This document shows positions 39,869 through 50,076 of a stretch of DNA of 64,000 nt, piece after piece. The notes under the pieces were generated by a model. The model saw only the letters and a list, made by a program, of their open reading frames with translations. It made no database searches and was not told where the DNA came from. A program made the translations under genes and the position numbers. The DNA lies in the NCBI GenBank assembly GCA_041690135.1, contig JAWLHY010000009.1, forward strand, positions 302,066 through 366,065, in the 5' to 3' direction. The DNA comes from Armatimonadota bacterium (GTDB taxonomy: Bacteria; Armatimonadota; SYMT01). Numbering within the stretch: the stretch's first letter is position 1; every line of letters begins with the position of its first letter.

Positions 39869-40921
39869 ATGCCGCAAATCGAACTGACCGAACTGAAGAA
39901 GACCTATCGCGTGCACGAACGCGAAGCCGGGATGAAGGCTTCCTTTTCCAGCCTTTTCGCGCGCAAGTTCAAGAACGTGGAAGCGGTGAAGGGCGTCAGC
40001 TTCTCGCTCGAGGCCGGGGAGGTGGTCGGGTTTCTCGGTCCGAACGGCGCCGGGAAGACGACGACCCTCAAGATGCTCTCGGGCCTGCTCCAGCCGAGCG
40101 ACGGCGAAGCGCGGGTGCTGGGTCACCTCCCCTGGAAGCGGGAGCCGAAGTACCTGCGGCAGATCAGCCTGGTGATGGGGAATCGGAACCAGCTTGTGTG
40201 GGACATCCCCGCGATGGACTCGTTCCAGGTGAACCAGGCCGTTTACCAGATCCCGCCGCAGCAGTTCCGCGAGACCCTGGACGAGCTGATCGAGCTGCTG
40301 GAGCTGGAGCCGCTTTTGAAGAAGCAGGTCCGCGGTCTCTCTCTCGGCGAGCGGATGAAGTGTGAGGTGGCGGCGGCTCTCCTGCACCGCCCGGCGATCC
40401 TCTTCCTGGACGAGCCGACCTTGGGCCTCGATGTGACCATGCAGGGACGGCTGCGGCAATTCATCGCCGACTACAACCGCCGCCACGGCGCCACGGTGCT
40501 CCTCACCAGCCACTACATGGCGGACGTCACGGCTCTCTGCCGCCGCGTAATCGTGATCCACCACGGGCGGTTGCTGTATGACGGCAGCCTGTCGGCGCTG
40601 GGGGAGCGCATGGCGCCGTTCAAGCTCGTGCGGCTCGACGTGGAAAGCGTCGAGGCCGCCGAGAAGGTGGAGAAGCTGGCGGAAGTGATCGACCGGCAGG
40701 AGACGAAGATCCGCCTTCGCGTTCCGCGCGCGGAGACGTCGGCCACGGTTGCTCGCCTGCTCTCGGAAGTGCCGGTGGTGGACCTCACGGTCGAGGATCC
40801 CCCGATCGAAGAGGTGATCGATCAGATGTTCCGCGGAAGCCTCGAAGAAGGAGAGGGGACCGAGCCCGACGGTACGGATGAGGGCACGCGGGATGCGGCG
40901 AAAGAGACGGCAACCGCATGA
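39869..40921 (+). CDS. ABC transporter ATP-binding protein
   Basis: GPNGAGKTT, LSLGE, LDEPT, TSH. Confidence 0.95.
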   Translation: MPQIELTELKKTYRVHEREAGMKASFSSLFARKFKNVEAVKGVSFSLEAGEVVGFLGPNGAGKTTTLKMLSGLLQPSDGEARVLGHLPWKREPKYLRQISLVMGNRNQLVWDIPAMDSFQVNQAVYQIPPQQFRETLDELIELLELEPLLKKQVRGLSLGERMKCEVAAALLHRPAILFLDEPTLGLDVTMQGRLRQFIADYNRRHGATVLLTSHYMADVTALCRRVIVIHHGRLLYDGSLSALGERMAPFKLVRLDVESVEAAEKVEKLAEVIDRQETKIRLRVPRAETSATVARLLSEVPVVDLTVEDPPIEEVIDQMFRGSLEEGEGTEPDGTDEGTRDAAKETATA

Positions 40922-41763
40922 GCGACACCACCTGCTCCGGTCCACGCTATTACCTGGATGTCTGGCGGGCGCACCTGAAGGTGGGCATGGCGCTCATGCT
41001 TCAGTACCGGTTCGCGGTGTTGATCTGGGGCGTGTGGGGCTTCGTCGGTCCGCTCATTTCGCTGGCCGTGTGGACGGCCGCCACGCAGGCCCGCGGTGGC
41101 GCGGTGGCCAATGCCGCCAACGGGGTGGCCTTCGACCGGGCGGACTTCGCCGCGTACTTCCTCACGTTCATGATCTTTAGCCACATCACCATGTCGTGGG
41201 ATGCCTTCGAGTTCGCCTATCGAGTCCGTTCGGGATCGCTGTCGCCGCACCTGCTCAAGCCGGTCCACCCGATCCATGCCGATGCCGCCAACAACATCAG
41301 CTTCAAGGTGGTCACCAGCGGCATGCTGCTGCCCGTGTGGATCCTGCTGTTCCTGCTGCTGAAGCCCACCCTGCCCACGTCCGCGGTGTCACTCTGCCTG
41401 GCCGTGCCGGCGCTCTTGCTGGCGGCCGTGATGCGGTACGTGTGGCAGTATTGCCTCGCGGTGATCGCCTTCTGGACCACGCGGGTCGAGGCGGTGAACC
41501 AGCTCTACTTCACGCTGGACGCCTTCCTCTCCGGCCGCATCGCTCCGCTGGCACTGATGCCGGGACTATTGGGTGCGGCGGCCTACTTCTCGCCGTTCCG
41601 TGCCATGGGTGCCTTCCCGGTAGAACTCGCCCTCGGCCGCGTCCCGCCGGGCGAGATCCTGCCCGGTTTTCTGCTGCAACTCGTGTGGCTGGCCGTCGCT
41701 TTCCTGGCCCTCCGCGTGATGTGGGCCGCCGGAGTGAAACAGTACTCCGCCGTCGGCGCCTGA
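40918..41763 (+). CDS. ABC-2 family permease
   Basis: Multiple TM helices; G.LS..LLKP motif; overlaps the ATPase stop. Confidence 0.88.
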   Translation: MSDTTCSGPRYYLDVWRAHLKVGMALMLQYRFAVLIWGVWGFVGPLISLAVWTAATQARGGAVANAANGVAFDRADFAAYFLTFMIFSHITMSWDAFEFAYRVRSGSLSPHLLKPVHPIHADAANNISFKVVTSGMLLPVWILLFLLLKPTLPTSAVSLCLAVPALLLAAVMRYVWQYCLAVIAFWTTRVEAVNQLYFTLDAFLSGRIAPLALMPGLLGAAAYFSPFRAMGAFPVELALGRVPPGEILPGFLLQLVWLAVAFLALRVMWAAGVKQYSAVGA

Positions 41764-41774
41764 ACACCTGACCC

Positions 41775-42560
41775 ATGAACTACCTCAAGCTCTTATCCGT
41801 CTTCTACCGCACGAGTGTCCAGACGGACATGGAGTACCGGGCGGACTTCTTCGTGCGGGTGGTGGCCAGCCTGCTGGGGCTGTGCACCACGGTGGGCAGC
41901 CTGGCGATCGCCTACCAGTACACCCCGCAGATCAAGGGCTGGAGCTTTGCCCAGGCGCTGGTGCTGCTGGCCGTCTACTACCTGATGGACGGCCTCATCG
42001 AGATGTTCATCGCGCCGAACATGCGCGAGATCATGAGCCAGGTGCGGCAGGGGACCCTCGACTTCGTGCTCCTGAAGCCGGTCAACTCGCAGTTCATGGC
42101 GACCTTCCGCACCCTGAATGTCTGGCGCGCGGCGAACCTGCTGGTCGGGACCGGGGTCGCCGTGTACGCCATCCGGAAACTTGCGGTGGAGGTGGGGCCG
42201 GCTTCCGCGGGGACCTTCGCGCTCACGCTGGTGTGCGGTCTGGCGGTGATCTACTCGTTCTGGCTCGTGCTGGTGACTCTGAGCTTCTGGTTCGTGCGGG
42301 TGGATAACATCGAGCAGATCGTGTGGCAGGCGTTCGAGGCGGGCCGGTATCCCGTGGAGATCTACCCGCACTGGCTCCGGCTGACGCTCACCTACGGGAT
42401 TCCCATCGTCTTCATCATCACTGTCCCCGCCCAGGCCCTCTCCGGTCGGCTCGACCCCAGTTTCGTCGGGGTGGCGGCCGCGGTCGCCGCGGGGGCCGTG
42501 GCCGCCTCGGCTGCCTTCTGGCGCTACGGTCTGCGTTTCTACACAGGCGCTTCCGCTTGA
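41775..42560 (+). CDS. ABC-2 family permease
   Basis: MEYRADF, GTLDFVLLKP, GRYPVEIY and YTGASA motifs. Confidence 0.9.
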   Translation: MNYLKLLSVFYRTSVQTDMEYRADFFVRVVASLLGLCTTVGSLAIAYQYTPQIKGWSFAQALVLLAVYYLMDGLIEMFIAPNMREIMSQVRQGTLDFVLLKPVNSQFMATFRTLNVWRAANLLVGTGVAVYAIRKLAVEVGPASAGTFALTLVCGLAVIYSFWLVLVTLSFWFVRVDNIEQIVWQAFEAGRYPVEIYPHWLRLTLTYGIPIVFIITVPAQALSGRLDPSFVGVAAAVAAGAVAASAAFWRYGLRFYTGASA

Positions 42561-44026
42561 CTTCCCTTTCGTTCGTTGAGCGCTGTACCGACCGCGAACC
42601 CGACCAGCAGGATTGCCAGCGTGCCGAAGACGATGGTGAGAAAGTTGTGGAAAGGGCTACGCAGGACCGGGTCGAGCGCTTCCGCCTTGGGCGACAGGGT
42701 CATCCAGAGGATCACTCCCACGCCCACAGTCGTACCGAGTGCTCCCGCCAGGTTGCCGGCGCGCCGCGACAGGATCCCCAGCAGGAAGAGGCCGAGCATC
42801 CCGCCGCTGAAGATGCCGGCCATCTGCCACCAGGTGTCGAGAGCGCTCTTCGCCTGGATCATCCAGAGGGCCACCCCCGTGCCGAGGATCCCGAAGATCA
42901 CGGTCGAGGCTCGTAACACGTGCATCGACTCCGCTTCCGAGGCCTGGGGCCGGAAGTAGCGCCGGTAGATGTCGCAGAGGGTCAGCGTTGCCATGCAGTT
43001 GAGGTTCGAGTCGAGGGCAGCCGCGCAGACAGCGGCGACGATGATGCCCCCGAGCCCGACCGGTAACTGCGTGCTCACGAAGTGGGGGAGGACGCCGTCG
43101 GCCTTGGTGCCCTCGGGAAGCAATCCCGGCTGGGCCTGGTAGAACGCGAACAGGGCCGTGCCGATAAAGAAGAAACACGCAGAGAGCGGGATGTAGAGCA
43201 GGGCACCCATCCAGACGCTGCGGATGGCGTCCCGGTCGGAGCGTGCCGTGATGTAGCGCTGCACGTAGCTCTGGTCGATGCCGAAGTTCTGCAGGTTGAT
43301 GAACAGGCCGTAGACCAGCACCACCCAGAAGGTCGAGTCCGCGAGACTGCTTCCGAAGCTCCCCAGGCTGAACTTTCCGTGTTCCGAGGCGATCCGGAAG
43401 AGCTGCTCCGGGCCCTGCGGCATCTGCGCCACCGGGAAGACCACGCAGATCAGCGCGCCCACGATGAGGGTGATGGCCTGGACCACCCCCACCCACATCA
43501 CCGCCTCGGTGCCGCCCAGGAAGGGATAGATCACCATGACCACCCCCATCATCAGGATCACCACGCGGATGTCCCATCCCAGCAGGGGCACCAGCGCCAC
43601 GCCGAGAAGGTAGAGGATCGTCCCCATCCGGGCGAACTGCGTGAGGAGGTAGCAGACCACGGCGTAGGTCCGCGCCCAGCCGCCGAACCGCTGCTCCAGG
43701 TGGTGGTAGGCAGAGACGTCGCCCAGCTTCCGGTAGAACGGCACGAACCACCGCGCCGCAATCCATGCCGCGAGGGGGAGAGAAAGGCTGAAGACGAACG
43801 GGTTCCAATTGTCCGCGTACGCCTTGCCGGGGTTGCCCAAAAAGCTGATGCTGCTGACATAGGAGCCGAAGATCGAGAGCCCCACGGCCCACCCCGGCAG
43901 CGACCGCCCCGCGGCCATGAACTGCTCGGAGTCGCTCTGCTTGCGGAAGAACCGGCTGCCGTACCCGGTGAGCAGCACCAGGTAGAACAGCAAAACCGCC
44001 AGGTCAATCGCCGGTAGGCGCTGCAC
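42539..44026 (-). CDS. Sodium:solute symporter family protein
   Basis: AGRSLPGWAVGLS, SAY.HLE.RFG and DQSYVQRY motifs. Confidence 0.92.
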   Translation of the reverse strand: MQRLPAIDLAVLLFYLVLLTGYGSRFFRKQSDSEQFMAAGRSLPGWAVGLSIFGSYVSSISFLGNPGKAYADNWNPFVFSLSLPLAAWIAARWFVPFYRKLGDVSAYHHLEQRFGGWARTYAVVCYLLTQFARMGTILYLLGVALVPLLGWDIRVVILMMGVVMVIYPFLGGTEAVMWVGVVQAITLIVGALICVVFPVAQMPQGPEQLFRIASEHGKFSLGSFGSSLADSTFWVVLVYGLFINLQNFGIDQSYVQRYITARSDRDAIRSVWMGALLYIPLSACFFFIGTALFAFYQAQPGLLPEGTKADGVLPHFVSTQLPVGLGGIIVAAVCAAALDSNLNCMATLTLCDIYRRYFRPQASEAESMHVLRASTVIFGILGTGVALWMIQAKSALDTWWQMAGIFSGGMLGLFLLGILSRRAGNLAGALGTTVGVGVILWMTLSPKAEALDPVLRSPFHNFLTIVFGTLAILLVGFAVGTALNERKGSQAEAPV

Positions 44027-44173
44027 GAATACCCCCTCGGACCGGAATCACCCTCGAACTCCGGGACCCGTTACCATTCACTCCCCCCGCCCCGCCCTCC
44101 TTCGAAGGACCGCGGATAAACTACCTCGAACTGACTCACTGTTCACCAAGCACACAACCGAAGGAACGAAGCA

Positions 44174-44659
44174 ATGAATGAACCGGTCATCCGCCGCGCC
44201 ACCAGCGAAGACGGCGGCATTCTGATCGATCTGATCTGCGCGCTGGCCGATTACGAGCAACTCGCCCCGCCCGACCAGGGGGCCCGGCGGCGGCTCCTGG
44301 AGCACGGGTTCGGTCCGCAGCCCCGCTTCGAGACCTATCTCATCGAGCTCGACGGCGCTCCGGTGGGTTACGCGATCTGTTTCGAGACGTACTCCACCTT
44401 CCTCGCCCGCCCGACCCTCTACCTCGAAGACCTGTTCGTCCTGCCCTCCGCCCGACGCCGGGGCGCCGGCACGGCGATGCTCCGTTTCCTGGCGCGGGAA
44501 GCGGTCGCCCGCGGCTGCGGTCGAATGGAGTGGTCTGTGCTCGACTGGAACGAGCTGGCCCAGGGAGTCTACCGAAAGATCGGCGCCGCCATTCTCGATG
44601 AGTGGCGCTTCTGCCGCCTCACCGGCGACGCTCTCGCGAACTTCGCCGCCGGAGAGTAA
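44174..44659 (+). CDS. GNAT N-acetyltransferase (diamine acetyltransferase-like)
   Basis: LYLEDLFV..RRRGAG; MEWSVLDWN. Confidence 0.92.
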   Translation: MNEPVIRRATSEDGGILIDLICALADYEQLAPPDQGARRRLLEHGFGPQPRFETYLIELDGAPVGYAICFETYSTFLARPTLYLEDLFVLPSARRRGAGTAMLRFLAREAVARGCGRMEWSVLDWNELAQGVYRKIGAAILDEWRFCRLTGDALANFAAGE

Positions 44660-44701
44660 GTCTCTCACCGCACTACGACCAAGCCGCGATGGAGTCCAGG
44701 G

Positions 44702-45478
44702 ATGCGCATCGAATACGCACATAACTCAGCATCCGGCGATCCATCTGGCCGGCGGAACCTGACCGAACGGCTCGATGGGGAATTGGATGCTCTGCTCCGG
44801 CGACTCCGCAATGGATCCAAATCGGAGCGGATCGCGGTGGCAGAGGAGCTTGGCAGGTGGGGTGGTTCGCGGGCCGTCAATCCTCTTTGCGAACTGCTCC
44901 GGGAGCCGGACGATGATCTCCGGGTCGCCGCTGCTGAAGCCCTGGGGGGTATCGGTTGTGAGCGAGCCATCCCGCACCTCGTTACCGCTCTACAAACTCG
45001 ATGCGTAGGTGGCTCAGGATATCAGCAGAAGAAGGCCGGGCGCATCGCGCTTGTGTGGATAGTTCTAGCTTTTTTCGGTTCAGCGATGCTCGCTGCATAC
45101 CTTCGATTGCCCATCGGAGGATTTGCGGGTGTAGTCATCGTTCCGCTCCTCACCGGCTGGAATACACTCCGACAAACGCGTGGGAGAGTGTTCCGTGCCA
45201 TCACCTCCGCTTTGGAGCGCATTCTGGAGGCAAACCCCACGCCCGAGGTGCGCTCAGTATTGCCTGAGTTGGAGGCGCTCTCCTCGGACCGGATCCAGCA
45301 GGACGCGGAAACTCGCCGAGTACTCTCCGCCGCGCGAGAACACATCGACACTCTCACCGCGCATTTCAAGAGCCTGCCCCTGACCTCCGCACCGCCAGCA
45401 CCGGAGGCGGCTACTTTACCCGTGCCCGCGCAGGATGCCGCGCCGGAAGCATTCAACCTGCCGCGCGCGTCAGGCTGA
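44702..45478 (+). CDS. HEAT-repeat membrane protein, array member 1
   Basis: LRVAAAEALGGIG..RAIPHL; two hydrophobic segments; PTPEVR..LPEL; triple-LP tail. Confidence 0.8.
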   Translation: MRIEYAHNSASGDPSGRRNLTERLDGELDALLRRLRNGSKSERIAVAEELGRWGGSRAVNPLCELLREPDDDLRVAAAEALGGIGCERAIPHLVTALQTRCVGGSGYQQKKAGRIALVWIVLAFFGSAMLAAYLRLPIGGFAGVVIVPLLTGWNTLRQTRGRVFRAITSALERILEANPTPEVRSVLPELEALSSDRIQQDAETRRVLSAAREHIDTLTAHFKSLPLTSAPPAPEAATLPVPAQDAAPEAFNLPRASG

Positions 45479-45534
45479 GGGCTTCCGTACCCGGCAGGGT
45501 TTGTGTGTCGTTAGAACCGTGGGAGTTCGCTGGG

Positions 45535-46314
45535 ATGACCACGCCACTCAAGTCTCAAGATGCACTCGATCAGGATCAATTGATCCGCGACCTTCTGGCC
45601 GCAGGTCGGAGGCAGGCCTATCTGCGGGAGGTGGACGCGCTAACAGCGGGGAGCCGGGGAGAGAAGAGGGACGCTGCTAACGCGTTGGTTCAGTACGGCG
45701 AGGCGGCCCTCGAACCCCTGTGCGGCGCGCTGATGGATCCGGACAACCGCGTCAAGGTTGCCGCCGCGCGAGCCCTGGCCGAATTGGGGGATCCCCGCGC
45801 CATCCCGGCATTGGCGGCCGCGCTTCGGGAAGGGTTGTCCGGAGGAACGGCTCGTTCTCACATTCTGGCAGCCGGGAAAGCTGTGCTTCGCGCTTACTCG
45901 GTAATGGTAGCGGGCGGTGTTGTGTCGATCCTGTTGGACATGCCACTAATTCAATGCTTGGTGCTCTATCCACCCTTCATAGTCACCTGGAATTGGTTCG
46001 TCGAACGGCGGGACCGGAGTTTGGTCAACCAGGCGATTGTGGAAGCAACAGTTGCTCTCGGCGAGGCAAGTCCGACGCCCGAACTCCGGAAACTCTTGCC
46101 CGACCTGAGAACGCTCGCACTGGATCGCATTCAACAAGAGGGCACGGCCCGGCAGGCGTTTACCAAGGCCGCAGACCGGATCGACACCCTCACTGCCAAC
46201 CTGAAGAGTCTTCCGGTGGTCTCCGAACCGCCCGCTTCGGAGCCTTCGACCCTACCGGTTGCCGTACTGGGCGGCCCACCGAAAGGGACCGACCTCCCAC
46301 GTGCCTCCTTGTGA
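45535..46314 (+). CDS. HEAT-repeat membrane protein, array member 2
   Basis: VKVAAARALAELGDPRAIPAL; PTPELR; LKSLP tail. Confidence 0.8.
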   Translation: MTTPLKSQDALDQDQLIRDLLAAGRRQAYLREVDALTAGSRGEKRDAANALVQYGEAALEPLCGALMDPDNRVKVAAARALAELGDPRAIPALAAALREGLSGGTARSHILAAGKAVLRAYSVMVAGGVVSILLDMPLIQCLVLYPPFIVTWNWFVERRDRSLVNQAIVEATVALGEASPTPELRKLLPDLRTLALDRIQQEGTARQAFTKAADRIDTLTANLKSLPVVSEPPASEPSTLPVAVLGGPPKGTDLPRASL

Positions 46315-46369
46315 CAGTGCTCTTGATGACCCCCTCAACCCGTGATCAGGCCCGAGAATGCTGAAGCCT

Positions 46370-47179
46370 ATGACCACGACTCTCAAGTCACAGGAAGCGG
46401 CTGAGAGACCCCAGGTGCTCGAAGGATCCCCGTCAGGAGCATTGGAGCGGGAAAATCTCCGCGACCTGGATGCGCTAAAAGGTGGTAACCGGCGGGAAAG
46501 GTGCGAAGCTGCTGCGTCCCTGCCACAATACGGCGGCGAAGCCTTCGAGCCACTCTGTGCTGTGCTGGCCGACCCGGATGACCATCTGAAGATTGCAGCC
46601 GCAAATGCGCTCGCCGCGCTAGGAGACCCGCGCGCCATCCCCGCGATCACGAAAGCCCTGCGGGATGGTTTGGTGGGTGGAAACGCACGCGAGCACATGC
46701 TGAATGCGCGCTTCACCTTGGGTTTGGCACTTGGGGGAACGCTGTTGTTGGTCATCCTTCTGGACCTTCCGCAGCCTTTGTTCCAGGTGCTTGCAATGCA
46801 GCCATTGATCTGGTGGAGCCATTGGCAGCGAGGTCGGCATGCCAGGAGCCGGGTCCACGAAGTGTTCGCAGACGCAATTGTTACCCTGGGTGAGGTGAGG
46901 CCGACCCTGGAGCTTCGGGAGTTGTTGTCCGATTTCCGCACCCTGGCGGCAGATAGGTTGCAGCAGGCGCCCGAAGCCCGGCAGGCATTCACCGAGGCGG
47001 CTGAACGGATCGATCTCCTCACGCGCGACTTGAAGGTGCTTCCTATTGCCGCAACCGGCCCGCCATTGGATAGGGACTCACTTCCCCGCCCGGCGAAGGC
47101 TCCCGCTTCCAGCGCCGAGAATCTCCCCGTGGTAGAGAGTGCGCCCGGAACCCTCGGGTTAAAACCCGAGGCTGACTGA
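46370..47179 (+). CDS. HEAT-repeat membrane protein, array member 3
   Basis: LKIAAANALAALGDPRAIPAI; shares the MTTxLKSQ start with member 2. Confidence 0.8.
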   Translation: MTTTLKSQEAAERPQVLEGSPSGALERENLRDLDALKGGNRRERCEAAASLPQYGGEAFEPLCAVLADPDDHLKIAAANALAALGDPRAIPAITKALRDGLVGGNAREHMLNARFTLGLALGGTLLLVILLDLPQPLFQVLAMQPLIWWSHWQRGRHARSRVHEVFADAIVTLGEVRPTLELRELLSDFRTLAADRLQQAPEARQAFTEAAERIDLLTRDLKVLPIAATGPPLDRDSLPRPAKAPASSAENLPVVESAPGTLGLKPEAD

Positions 47180-47297
47180 CCGAAGTCGCCACCCAGGGGG
47201 TACCCGGCGCGGACTCGGGTGATGCAAGGACTGCGTTCCTATTGTTCCAAGGTCATCAGCCCCCTTTCGCAGAATGCTGGAGGCGTGCGTGCGCGAA

Positions 47298-48119
47298 ATG
47301 AGCGGACAAGTGCGGATTTTGCAGCACTCAGAAGCTGATCAAGAGCTCGCTGGAAGGTCCGGTGATGCAACCAGCGCTGAAGAGTTGAATAACCTGGCCC
47401 GGCAACTCAATGAGGGTGACTCCACCGCAAGAGTAGAGGCGGCGAGACATCTCCAACGGTACGGTTCGGAAGCGGTTCCGGCCCTCTGCGAAGCGCTGGA
47501 ACATGGGGACCCGGAACTTCGGCTGGCGGTGGTGGAGAGCCTGGGAGCGGTCGGGGACACACGGGCGGTGCGTCCGCTGCTGGAGGCGCTGCACCGGTGC
47601 CATCGCAAGGTGGGAGCGGACCAGCGGCGGATGGTTTTCTTCCTTGCGCTGGCCGCCCTGGGCGGGATGGGGGCGGCCTATTGGATCGGAATTGGCAGCT
47701 TTGCGGCCAGCCCTCTGCTGGTAGCCCTGGCCGGCTGCGGCTCCTCCCTCGATGGGTACCGCCGGCGAAGCAGTCCGCTCAACTGTCGGATTGCGGAGGC
47801 CCTAGCGCGCATCGCCGAGCGGTACCCGAACGCCGCGTTACGGGAGGTGATTCGGGAACTAGAAGAGGTGGGCTCCAGCTTTGTTCTGCAAGACTCATCG
47901 GCACGAGACGCAATTCTGGGAACTGCCCAACGAATCGACGCTCTCACCCATACGGTGAAGGACCTTCCGCGCGCCGCAGAGCGTGGCGGCGTTGCTGCAG
48001 CAAACCTGCCGCGGGTCGAAGCGGATGGCGCCAGCGGTCATCGGGACTGGCCGGTGCCTCTGGGTGCGGACGCAGAGTTTTCGGAGTGCGCCGATACGCA
48101 TGCACCGGATCCAGCTTGA
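47298..48119 (+). CDS. HEAT-repeat membrane protein, array member 4
   Basis: LRLAVVESLGAVGDTRAVRPL; RIDALT..VKDLP. Confidence 0.8.
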   Translation: MSGQVRILQHSEADQELAGRSGDATSAEELNNLARQLNEGDSTARVEAARHLQRYGSEAVPALCEALEHGDPELRLAVVESLGAVGDTRAVRPLLEALHRCHRKVGADQRRMVFFLALAALGGMGAAYWIGIGSFAASPLLVALAGCGSSLDGYRRRSSPLNCRIAEALARIAERYPNAALREVIRELEEVGSSFVLQDSSARDAILGTAQRIDALTHTVKDLPRAAERGGVAAANLPRVEADGASGHRDWPVPLGADAEFSECADTHAPDPA

Positions 48120-48179
48120 TCTCTCGAAGGAACGGACGCAAGCCCTGTAGATGGCGGCGGAACAGGAGCAGGCGCGGCG

Positions 48180-49004
48180 ATGAACGTGGGTCACTTGATC
48201 GCATCGCAACCAGCCGAAACTCGAGGCCGCTACCCGCTGAGTGAACGCTTCGACGCGGAGTTCGAGGCCGAGGTCCGGCGTCTTCAGTCGGAATCTGAAG
48301 CAGAACGTGTAGCCGCGGCAAAAGCGCTTGGCCGGTGCGGTGGCAGGGCGGTGGAGCCGCTCTGCCAGGCCATGTCGGACCCGGTTGAAGCGGCCCGGAT
48401 CGCATCGGCGGAGGCGCTCGGAGCCGTGGGAGATGCCCGAGCCGTTGGCGTGCTAGGGGACGCCCTCCGAGCCTGTTTTGTCAGTTCGTCCCCTCGTTGG
48501 CAGCTAATTGCGGGAGCGCTGGTGATCTTAGGGGCGGCTTTGGCGTTCGTCAGTCTGGGCTGGATCGCGTTGCTCCTGAAGTGGTCGAGTGTCGGCTGGT
48601 TGATTTTCCAGATCTCCGTGTCGCCGGCTCGTGCCTGGTTCGCCAAACGGCGAGCGCGGAGCAAAGAAGCCAATGCCATTGCTCGTGCGCTCGTCAACAT
48701 CGCGGAGCGGGACCCCGCCCCCGAAGTACGGGCGGTCCTCCCCGACCTTCAGGTCATTTCCGTGGACCTGTTGCATCAGGAAGGGTCCACCCGCAAAGCG
48801 ACCCGGTCTGCGGCGAGGCGAATCGAGAGGCTCACTGCCCAGTTGAAGAGTCTTCCGGTTCCCTCTGCCCCGTCAGCGCAGGGTGACGAGTTGGCTTCTG
48901 CCTCCTTTCCCCTGCCCAGCCATGCCGAGCCACCTGACGTGGCGACTCTTCCCATGGTCTCTGGGAGCAAACTGCAGAAGGGCCAGGGGGAAGACGGGGT
49001 CTGA
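48180..49004 (+). CDS. HEAT-repeat membrane protein, array member 5
   Basis: RIASAEALGAVGDARAV; PAPEVR..LPDL; LKSLP. Confidence 0.8.
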   Translation: MNVGHLIASQPAETRGRYPLSERFDAEFEAEVRRLQSESEAERVAAAKALGRCGGRAVEPLCQAMSDPVEAARIASAEALGAVGDARAVGVLGDALRACFVSSSPRWQLIAGALVILGAALAFVSLGWIALLLKWSSVGWLIFQISVSPARAWFAKRRARSKEANAIARALVNIAERDPAPEVRAVLPDLQVISVDLLHQEGSTRKATRSAARRIERLTAQLKSLPVPSAPSAQGDELASASFPLPSHAEPPDVATLPMVSGSKLQKGQGEDGV

Positions 49005-49038
49005 TGCAGTGCGGTTCAGTTTTCGAAGGGAGCCAGTC

Positions 49039-49091
49039 CCCTAGCCCCGGAGGGGCGGAAAGATAATAGCCGGGGGTGCAAGCCCCCGGTC
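49039..49091. repeat. REP-like palindromic element
   Basis: agccccggaggggc...aatagccgggggtgcaagcccccgg: two GC hairpins. Confidence 0.6.
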
Positions 49092-49223
49092 TTGCCGCCG
49101 GTGCGAAAGAGCCCCGGCGCTTGCGTCCGTAGGGAAGGGGTGGCAGAGTATCGCGCTGCGAGGAGAACTGAACCGCCCGAGGGATCTGACGGGCGGAAAG
49201 GGTCCTCTCGGAGGTGACCTCGG

Positions 49224-49946
49224 ATGGAACAAGAGCTTGCTCGGATCGTCCGCCAGTTCAGCGACCACCGTCGGGAGCGGCGGATAGAGGCGGTGCGGCT
49301 ACTGGGGGCGCACTGGCCTGCCTCACTGCCTTACCTGCGGAAGGCACTGCAAGGGACCGACGACCCGATGCGGCTGGCGGCGGCTGAGGTTCTCGGATCC
49401 GTGGGGGATGATCGCGCCATTGAGCCGCTGCTGAACGCTCTCAAGAGCAACTGCCTCGCTCGATCCGCGCAGAGACAGCGGGTGTTGGGCCTGCTTTTAC
49501 TCGTTGCCACCCTCGGCATAATTGCCGGTGGCGTGGTGTGGGGAATAACGGCACTCAAGTATGGGGGATTCGCCACTATCCCCTTTCACTTGATTAGCGG
49601 CCTCGCCCGGTACTACGATAGCCGGAAGAAGCGGAGCGCTCTCAACGGCGCTATCGTAGCGGCCCTGGCGGAGATTGCCTCGCGGCACCCCACGCCGGAG
49701 ATTCGCCGGGTCCTGCCCGAACTCCACGCTCTGTCCGCGGATGCGCTCCAGCAGAAAGCGAGCTTTCGGGCTACCACCCGGGAGGCCGCCACCCGGATCG
49801 AAGCCCTCACCGCGGCGCAGCAGGGATTGCCCCTCCCCGCTGCTGTCCCAGCGGTCGACGCCGGCGCAGAACCTCAAACTCTCCCGCTGCCTGCGCATAA
49901 CCAGGAACTGCAAGAGGCCACCCTCCCCCGGACTGTCGGCGGTTGA
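49224..49946 (+). CDS. HEAT-repeat membrane protein, array member 6
   Basis: MRLAAAEVLGSVGDDRAIEPL; PTPEIR..LPEL; triple-LP tail; GGAGG RBS. Confidence 0.82.
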   Translation: MEQELARIVRQFSDHRRERRIEAVRLLGAHWPASLPYLRKALQGTDDPMRLAAAEVLGSVGDDRAIEPLLNALKSNCLARSAQRQRVLGLLLLVATLGIIAGGVVWGITALKYGGFATIPFHLISGLARYYDSRKKRSALNGAIVAALAEIASRHPTPEIRRVLPELHALSADALQQKASFRATTREAATRIEALTAAQQGLPLPAAVPAVDAGAEPQTLPLPAHNQELQEATLPRTVGG

Positions 49947-50038
49947 TTCCGAGAGCTAAGCATTCGCGAGTAGAACTGGGAGATGCGTCTGAACTGCGTT
50001 GCCCGCCTGGGGATACCAACTTCCACTTCCCTTCCTCT

Positions 50039-50071
50039 TCTTTGCGTCTTCGCGTCTTTGCGCGAGATTCC
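50039..50071. repeat. Dispersed octamer repeat (TTTGCGTC type), copy 2
   Basis: tctttgcgtcttcgcgtctttgcgcgagattcc, matches 19093-19126. Confidence 0.65.
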
Positions 50072-50076
50072 ATTCC

